Shown one piece after another: positions 57,543 through 64,000 of a DNA stretch of 64,000 bases. This DNA is from a bacterium. Its GTDB lineage: Bacteria; Electryoneota; Electryoneia; Electryoneales; Electryoneaceae. The stretch lies in NCBI GenBank assembly GCA_963669175.1, contig OY769902.1, positions 1,376,001-1,440,000 on the forward strand, written 5' to 3'. Positions within the stretch are counted from its first letter, which is position 1. Each line of letters opens with the position of its first letter. The position numbers and the translations under genes were made by a program. The notes under the pieces were generated by a model, which saw nothing but the letters and a program-made list of their open reading frames with translations, ran no database searches and was not told the DNA's origin.

Positions 57543-58556
57543 TTATGCTTTGACGATAGAACCGATGCGAACCGGTTTAATCCCGACATTCATCGCATGC
57601 AGGATAATCTCATTCGCCTTTTCCGGCGGGATAACCAGCACCCAGCCGATGCCAAGGTTGAAAGCACGTCGCATATCCTCAACCGGCACCTCGCCCATTT
57701 CCATGATATGACGGAACAGGGGTGGCATTTCCCAACTATCCCACTCAACCCGGGCTTTCAGGCCGGAAGGAATGATACGTTTTGTATTACCCTCAATACC
57801 GCCGCCGGTAATGTGCGCCATGCCATGAATTGTTGCCCCGCGCTCGATCATGGGCCGGACGATATTCAGATAGCAGGTATGCGGCGCCAGCAGGGCATCC
57901 GCGACGCCAACGTCCATTCCTTCAAGCACATCATCCGGATTCAGGCCGCCATCATCAATCAGCACCTTACGGGCCAACGTGTAACCATTGGTATGGAGCC
58001 CGTTGGACGGCAGCCCGACCAGCAGGTCACCCTCGCGAATGGTGGAGCCGTTAATCAGTTTCGCTTTGTCAACGACACCGAGAATGGTCCCGGCAAGATC
58101 GTAGACGCCATCGTGATACACGGATGGCATTTCCGCAGTTTCACCACCAAGCAGCGCAATGCCGGTATCCTTGCAGGCAGATGCCAGTCCGGTCAGTACG
58201 GCTTCCGCTACGTCCACATCCAGTTTTGCGGTAGCGTAGTAGTCCAGGAAGAATAGCGGACGTGCGCCACAGGTGAAAATGTCATTGACACAATGATTCA
58301 CCAGGTCGCGTCCGATGTTGCCGTGCTTGTTTGCCCACTCGGCAACCTTGGTCTTGGTTCCCACGCCATCGGTGGAAGCGATCAGAACCGGTTCTTCCAT
58401 GTCGGAAGCATCCAGTTTAAAAGCTCCGCCGAATAGTCCCAGGTCGGTCTGAACTTCAGGGCCGAAGGTTTCACGAACCTTAGGCTTGATGCGATCTATC
58501 AGTTCTTCACCGGCAGAAATGTTTACGCCGGCATCTTTGTAACTGGTCGGAGCCAC
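57543..58556 (-). CDS. purM: Phosphoribosylformylglycinamidine cyclo-ligase
   Basis: YKDAGV, TDGVGTK, PLFFLDY, GGETAEMP, SNGLHTNGY and AHITGGG. Confidence 0.97.
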   Translation of the reverse strand: MAPTSYKDAGVNISAGEELIDRIKPKVRETFGPEVQTDLGLFGGAFKLDASDMEEPVLIASTDGVGTKTKVAEWANKHGNIGRDLVNHCVNDIFTCGARPLFFLDYYATAKLDVDVAEAVLTGLASACKDTGIALLGGETAEMPSVYHDGVYDLAGTILGVVDKAKLINGSTIREGDLLVGLPSNGLHTNGYTLARKVLIDDGGLNPDDVLEGMDVGVADALLAPHTCYLNIVRPMIERGATIHGMAHITGGGIEGNTKRIIPSGLKARVEWDSWEMPPLFRHIMEMGEVPVEDMRRAFNLGIGWVLVIPPEKANEIILHAMNVGIKPVRIGSIVKA

Positions 58557-58849
58557 TGTATAACCTCACGTGAATTTACAGGCATGATCCCAAAATACGA
58601 ACAATCGAAGGAGTATAGACTCTTTTCTGTGCCGGAGCAACTGGTAAACTCGAGCCCGTCGGTTTCACACGGGAACACCGGTCTCGTCATATTGCTCCTC
58701 TTGCCTTGTCACACCGGCGTCACTAACTCAGATCGAGCGAGCAAGTATTATATTAGGCTGACAATGACACGTTGCCTGTGGGCCGATTCATGTGAACCGA
58801 TCCACGAGCAGCACAAACACAGAACCATGACAGTGCAGAGGAACAGAGG

Positions 58850-59866
58850 TTGCGAGCTTTATTCTTCAGCGATTTGCATCTTAGGGTAGGACCACGAGAT
58901 CACCTCAGGCCGGAACTGCGACGTTCCATGAAATGGTCGTTGTGTGTTGGTAATTGGATGATGGACCGTTTTGAAGACCGCCTTCGTTATGAAGCGGACC
59001 AGGTCATTGATGTCGTGGATGTATGGCTGGACCGGAAGACCAAAGGCTATGACCTGTTGATCAATGGCGGTGACAATATCATGCCTCTGAGTCGTAGCGA
59101 GGACCGGATTGATGCGGCGGGGCTGATCTGGGTGCATCAGCTTGAACGCTGGGGTGAGGAACGCCTGCTTGCGTTAAACGGAAATCATGAGCTTGGTCAC
59201 GGGTATTACCCTGACCCGCAGAGTTATCCTGAATTGCTGAAGTTACGCAGTGAGCTGTTCAAGCGGGAGATCAACCTGACCGGGTACGGTGTGGAGGATG
59301 TGCCGGGGGGACAGATTATTGCCCTGGACAGTGAACTGGCGTTTCTGGCCGGATTGTACGCATCCAATAAATTTATCGTATCCCATGCGGAAACCATGCG
59401 AGAACAGATTGAAGCGGCGTTGCGCAAGACAGGGCACATCCTGGTCATTACCCATAATACCACACGCGCACGTAAATGGTTGCAGGCTGAAGGATTATGG
59501 CAGGATCTGATCCGCGATAACCGTGAAGCGGTCCTGGTGGGCGGTCATTTTCATATCCCGCGCGGGTTCTGGCAGGATGGCGCGGCCATTCACTGGTGTG
59601 GCGGAGCGTCCTATCCTGAACCGTGGCTCAGGTGGTTTGTTCATGCGCCTCGTTCTGGATTCCGCACCAAAGGACCGGGCGCGGTCGAGGTGGCTTTCTC
59701 GGAAACTCAGGATCAGCAGGGGAATATCGCAGCAAGCAATGGAAATGCCGGGATCAAGGTGAAACATGTTTCTTATGAAGTTCCATTTAAACAATCCAAA
59801 CTGAGCCGAGTCTTATTGAAAAGAAAAACGCGTTCAAAGGCCAAAAATCCCAAAACGGGCTTGTAG
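58850..59866 (+). CDS. Calcineurin-like metallophosphoesterase
   Basis: SDLH, GGD, GNHE, TH and GHFH motifs. TTG start after GAGG. Confidence 0.75.
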   Translation: MRALFFSDLHLRVGPRDHLRPELRRSMKWSLCVGNWMMDRFEDRLRYEADQVIDVVDVWLDRKTKGYDLLINGGDNIMPLSRSEDRIDAAGLIWVHQLERWGEERLLALNGNHELGHGYYPDPQSYPELLKLRSELFKREINLTGYGVEDVPGGQIIALDSELAFLAGLYASNKFIVSHAETMREQIEAALRKTGHILVITHNTTRARKWLQAEGLWQDLIRDNREAVLVGGHFHIPRGFWQDGAAIHWCGGASYPEPWLRWFVHAPRSGFRTKGPGAVEVAFSETQDQQGNIAASNGNAGIKVKHVSYEVPFKQSKLSRVLLKRKTRSKAKNPKTGL

Positions 59867-59977
59867 TTTTCAAAGAAACTTTGCTATACTTACAGGTGGA
59901 ACGATTTCTGTAAAGCGATCCGCTTGTTGTAATGCTTGCAGTATGATACAAGCTCATAAACGACAACCGAGGAGCGT

Positions 59978-60670
59978 ATGCTCTACGCTGTCCATCAACC
60001 GCATTACCTTCCATACCTTGGTTACCTCGCAAAAGTCGATTGTGTGGATACTTTTGTTTTTCTTGAAGATGTCCAATTTGTAAAGCGTGAATTCCAGAAC
60101 CGCAATAAAATCAAGACACCGCAAGGCGCTCAATGGCTGACAGTGCCTGTGAAAGGGGAATACAAGGCGCGGATCAGCGAGATGCTGCCCGACCATGAAA
60201 AAGACTGGGCGCGACAGCATGTTGAGACCCTGCGAAGAAATTACTCGAAGGCTCCGTTTATAGATGAGCTGGACGGTTTTGCAAAGGTGGTAGTGCAGTC
60301 CTATCCGAATCTTGCGGAACTGGGTATGGCTACCACCCGGTTTTTCCTGGAACGATTCGGGATTCATACCCCGGTGCAGGGGATGAAGGATTTCAAGAAC
60401 CTTCCTGAAGATCCCAACCTTCGTATAATCACAATTGGACAACAATTGAATGCGGATGTCTATCTTGCCGGGATTGGTGGGAAAAACTACATGGATCTGG
60501 ACTTGTTTGCGCGGGAAGGGGTTCACGTAGAGTTCTTTGATTTTCATCCGGAACCTTATCCACAGCAGAATGCTGATTTTCTACCATATATGGGGGCGAT
60601 CGACTTGTTGTTGAACGCCGGGCCGGACGGGTTTGACAAGTATGTCCGGCCAACACTAAAGGGAGATTGA
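59978..60670 (+). CDS. WbqC-family protein
   Basis: HQPHYLPYLGY, D.FVFL.DVQF...QNRNKI, WLTVPV, Y.KAP, YL.G.GG..Y and Y.Q...F.P....DLL.N.G. Confidence 0.92.
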   Translation: MLYAVHQPHYLPYLGYLAKVDCVDTFVFLEDVQFVKREFQNRNKIKTPQGAQWLTVPVKGEYKARISEMLPDHEKDWARQHVETLRRNYSKAPFIDELDGFAKVVVQSYPNLAELGMATTRFFLERFGIHTPVQGMKDFKNLPEDPNLRIITIGQQLNADVYLAGIGGKNYMDLDLFAREGVHVEFFDFHPEPYPQQNADFLPYMGAIDLLLNAGPDGFDKYVRPTLKGD

Positions 60671-60672
60671 TT

Positions 60673-61302
60673 ATGCATACGCAAGGACCATTGCGTGTTC
60701 TGGCGCTTGGCGCTCACCCGGATGACTGGGAGATCGGGTGTGGTGGCTCCATGCTACGCTATGCTGCAGAAGGGAACGACATGTTTCTGTATGTGGCGAC
60801 AAAGGGCGAACGTGGTGGTGATCCTGCTACAAGGCAACGTGAAGCGGAACGCTCAGGCGATATGATCGGAGCGAAAGATATCTTCTGGGGCGGGTTTATA
60901 GACTGCGAGATCCCTAATGGTCTTCCGCTGATCCAGAATATTGAAAAGACGATAAAACTGGTGAATCCTCACGTCGTATTTGTGCATTCGCCCCATGATA
61001 CTCATCAGGACCATCGCGCTCTTGCCATAGGAGCTCAGTCAGCGGCGCGCAGGGTGCCGAACCTCCTGTTCTACGAGAGCCCGACAACCCAGCACTTCAG
61101 CCCGTCCGTGTTTGTCAATATCGAGTCGACGATCACCCGGAAAATGGACTTGCTGGAGGCTCACTTCTCACAGGTCGCTCGTACGAATATCGAAGGCTTG
61201 CCTATTACAGACATTGCCAAGGGGTCTGCGATACGTAGAGGGATTGAGATTTACAAGAAATACGCTGAAGCTTTCATGCCCAATCGAATGTTCCTGCTTT
61301 AG
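60673..61302 (+). CDS. PIG-L/LmbE-family N-deacetylase
   Basis: GAHPDDWEIGCGG, R..EA, D.HQDH, H.SQ and YAEAF. Confidence 0.92.
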   Translation: MHTQGPLRVLALGAHPDDWEIGCGGSMLRYAAEGNDMFLYVATKGERGGDPATRQREAERSGDMIGAKDIFWGGFIDCEIPNGLPLIQNIEKTIKLVNPHVVFVHSPHDTHQDHRALAIGAQSAARRVPNLLFYESPTTQHFSPSVFVNIESTITRKMDLLEAHFSQVARTNIEGLPITDIAKGSAIRRGIEIYKKYAEAFMPNRMFLL

Positions 61303-61316
61303 GAGAGCAAGAATTC

Positions 61317-62633
61317 ATGGCAAAGGACAGCGAGTTAAGTGGGAATAATCTGATTCCCAGGCCAGCACTGGATCAGAAGCCATCATTTCTCCAGTTGGCG
61401 TTGCCGGTCGCGGTTATTCTCGGGTGTTGTGTTGCACCGTTTATCATTAAGCAACGCGATACCGGACTGAACTGGTTGTTCATTCTGGTGCTTTCCTGGG
61501 CGGTTGGCAGCTTGATGACCCCGTTGGCAATCAAGCTGTCATTCCTGTTTGGCTGGCTGGATGTTCCCAAGGGGAGAAAGGCTCATTCTCGTGCTACCCC
61601 GGTTCTTGGGGGGCTTGCAGTCGTAAGCGCTTTCGGTGTGGCATTGCTGTTCACATTTACCTATTCCCTGGCCATGAAAGGCATTGGTATCGCCGCTTTT
61701 CTCATCTGGTTGCTGGGTGTTGTGGATGACAAGTATGAACTTCCTGCCAAGCTGAAACTGCTGGTTCAGGTAATCGCGGTAAGTGTTCTAGTATACGCGG
61801 GAGTCCGTGTAACCTTCCTGCCTAATGTCTGGTGGGGAGATGCGCTTGAATTGATCATCACGTTTGTCTGGGTGATCGGTGTAACCAACGCAGTCAATTT
61901 CCTGGATGGCATGGATGGCCTGGCCGGGGGCATGGGCGCCGTTATTGCTCTGTTCCTGGCGCTTGTCGCTATTCAAAGCAGCCAGATGTATTTTGCCTAT
62001 GTGGCGATTGCCTTTCTTGGCGCTACTCTTGCCTTTCTGCCTTTTAATTTCCGTCCGGGTCACAACGCAGCCATATTTTTGGGTGACAACGGGGCAACCT
62101 TTATCGGGTTTACCTTGGCATCGACAGCCCTGATGGGCGATTGGGCGGAGAACAAGATCAGCTCGCTGGCGGTGCCGATTCTGCTCTTCGGGGTGCCGAT
62201 CTACGATATGATGATGACAACAATCACTCGAGTGGCGACCGGGAAAGTGCGTTCGTTCGGAGAATGGTTGTCCTATGCCGGACGTGATCATTTCCATCAC
62301 CGCTTATCTCACCTGGGGATCGGAAAAGCGCGCGCGGTCATCATCATCTGGTTTGTTACGATTTTTCTCGGCATATCAGCGATTGTTCTCAAGCAGGTGC
62401 GTGGTATTGACGCGATCCTGATTGTAATGCAGGCCGGGTTGCTCTTTCTGTTGATTTCCTACTTCATGATTCGGGTCCGAAACCGTCAGATCAACATGTT
62501 TATCGAAGCGCAAAAAGGGTTCGAACTGGGCGGCAACCTCACCCATGAAGAGATGTCTGACATCCTGTCGCAGGGCGAGAAGAAGGTGCCGGTTGTGAGA
62601 CCAAAGGATAGAAAAGAAGATCAATCCGGGTAG
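61317..62633 (+). CDS. wecA: WecA/TagO-type undecaprenyl-phosphate GlcNAc-1-phosphate transferase (MraY/GT4 family)
   Basis: D.P..RK.H...TP.LGG, G..DD, NAVNFLDGMDGLA, IFLGD.GA and DHFHHRL. Confidence 0.85.
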   Translation: MAKDSELSGNNLIPRPALDQKPSFLQLALPVAVILGCCVAPFIIKQRDTGLNWLFILVLSWAVGSLMTPLAIKLSFLFGWLDVPKGRKAHSRATPVLGGLAVVSAFGVALLFTFTYSLAMKGIGIAAFLIWLLGVVDDKYELPAKLKLLVQVIAVSVLVYAGVRVTFLPNVWWGDALELIITFVWVIGVTNAVNFLDGMDGLAGGMGAVIALFLALVAIQSSQMYFAYVAIAFLGATLAFLPFNFRPGHNAAIFLGDNGATFIGFTLASTALMGDWAENKISSLAVPILLFGVPIYDMMMTTITRVATGKVRSFGEWLSYAGRDHFHHRLSHLGIGKARAVIIIWFVTIFLGISAIVLKQVRGIDAILIVMQAGLLFLLISYFMIRVRNRQINMFIEAQKGFELGGNLTHEEMSDILSQGEKKVPVVRPKDRKEDQSG

Positions 62634-62910
62634 TTTCTCATTTTGACACTGCGCAGTATTTGCACGCACTAAGTCGCTAAATGCAAGCAGGTAAAGCAAA
62701 ACCCGTTTGTATTGACTATGGTTATTCAGTCTGAAATGATGCACTTCTGGAATGATGAACGCAGCAGTGTAAATAAAACTCAACAGGTTAAACCTTGCAA
62801 TGTTGCCCTTATTGCGTTATTGATCCATTTTCACTGAAACTGCAACAGCGCTGGCCTTCGTTTTGCATTGAATCCTGCCACTACCGATCACCCCATTGCC
62901 GGGAGGTTCT

Positions 62911-64000
62911 ATGAGTCACGTTCCAAGGTTGCACATTGTTTCGTTCCTTTTGATACTTCTCCTGGTTGGACTGCATACTTCAGCAGGTTTTTGCACAACT
63001 GCTACCTCTTCATTTGATGCTTCTGCACGAATTGCACTGGTCTCGGCCGTAGAGCAAGAAAACTCGCAGCTACTTTCTGTCAGGGTAGAACAACCAGCGC
63101 TTTCGAACGAAATCCTGCTGCCTGCTGAGCGTAGTTGGGAAGAGGAACTGCTTGCTGAAGCGCAAGAGTTGGGTGGCTGGCCCGAGCTATCTGAATTGGT
63201 GCGGATTGCGTGGCGTGGCGAATATCGGCTGGCTATCACCGACCTGCAATTCAGTGAGGAAACTCTTCTGGCAGGATCCCCCTGGCGTGGTTGTCTTGAT
63301 CTGGTTCCGGAAGAGTATCAGGGAAAAGATGCCTGGTATCCCGCAGTTCCGCTACGATTGGGGAATGCTGCGATTTTGCACGATGTACGCTTGGCGCCGT
63401 TGCATACTTCACCCATACAGGTCAACCCGGTACGTGGAGTGGTGCGTGAGCTGGTTGACGCTTCCTTCTCGCTTCAGAATACAGGGCGTTCCGGTCTGAA
63501 TGAACTGCCCCAGCCATCCGGCTCGCTTGACAGGTCTTTTCTTCCCCTGTACCGTGAATTGCTCAACTGGACGGAGAATGAACTTGACGAGGAGATAGCG
63601 GCAGAGTCACGCCGGATGGTGGTGGTGATGCGTGATGATGATGTGCTGCGAGCCGGGTTTGCGCAGTGGTTTGAATGGAAGCGGCAGAAAGGCTGGCAGA
63701 TTTTATTTTTGATGGATTCGCAGGTGAACTGGACCGCAACCGGTATCAGGAACGGCCTGATCAACATGTACAACAGTCCGGGAATGGGGTTCAGTTATGT
63801 TGTGCTTCTCGGTGATGCGTCGGGAAGCTGGGCAATCCCGGCCGGATCAGGCGGGGCTATCCATGGTGACGGTGATCATCTCTACAGTTGTCTTGCCGGT
63901 GATGATAACCTGCCTGATGTGCATCTTGGACGGATCAGCGTTGAGAATATTTCCCAGGTGACAGCCTATAAGAACAAAGTTCTGTTCTACGAACAAACAC
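62911..64000 (+). CDS. Peptidase C25 (gingipain-like) precursor, partial, runs off the window (not in the ORF track)
   Basis: ATG after GGGAGG; signal peptide; propeptide (WYP...HDVRL...PIQVNPV); catalytic N-terminal part WKRQKG, YVVLLGD and DHLYSCLAGDDNLPDVHLGRIS. Confidence 0.85.
   Translation, partial: MSHVPRLHIVSFLLILLLVGLHTSAGFCTTATSSFDASARIALVSAVEQENSQLLSVRVEQPALSNEILLPAERSWEEELLAEAQELGGWPELSELVRIAWRGEYRLAITDLQFSEETLLAGSPWRGCLDLVPEEYQGKDAWYPAVPLRLGNAAILHDVRLAPLHTSPIQVNPVRGVVRELVDASFSLQNTGRSGLNELPQPSGSLDRSFLPLYRELLNWTENELDEEIAAESRRMVVVMRDDDVLRAGFAQWFEWKRQKGWQILFLMDSQVNWTATGIRNGLINMYNSPGMGFSYVVLLGDASGSWAIPAGSGGAIHGDGDHLYSCLAGDDNLPDVHLGRISVENISQVTAYKNKVLFYEQT

Noticed and set aside
58560-58845. 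ZTP or purine riboswitch upstream of purM
   Set aside because: The consensus motifs were not found on the minus strand.

Overview
Bacterial chromosomal window. The many secreted proteins with C-terminal sorting-type domains, a PorV-like barrel and a C25 protease suggest an FCB-superphylum lineage such as Calditrichota or a related candidate phylum (inference). Left part (0.4-16.8 kb): a signalling cluster with unusual domain fusions (ArsC-PAS-sigma54 activator, two DHp-only proteins, a BkdR-N-like histidine kinase, a REC-GcvH-like regulator, an atypical kinase, an orphan MCP and two CheW). Next come Mut7-C and icd. Middle (20.4-38.9 kb): a tight ~18.5 kb outer-membrane operon encoding a TonB-dependent receptor with a large acidic DxNxNG-repeat insertion, beta-helix proteins, a PorV/PorQ-family barrel, two proteins with CTD-like tails, lipoproteins and a GT-C glycosyltransferase carrying a G10 tract. 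This is followed by a GT-C/TPR protein, an FGE-fold lipoprotein, an M20 peptidase, a PlpD-like patatin-Omp85 protein and a compositionally mosaic beta-helix gene. Right part: housekeeping genes (clc, greA, acyP, asnS, gpsA, plsY, purM), a wbqC/PIG-L/wecA glycan cluster and a partial gingipain-like gene. Intergenic regions at ~17 kb, ~46.5-47.2 kb and ~50.8 kb carry nested REP/MITE-like palindromes. One MITE-like element is present in two copies whose core is flipped relative to its ends. I found no rRNA, tRNA, CRISPR array, transposase or integrase. All calls were made by eye from motifs; no database searches were run.
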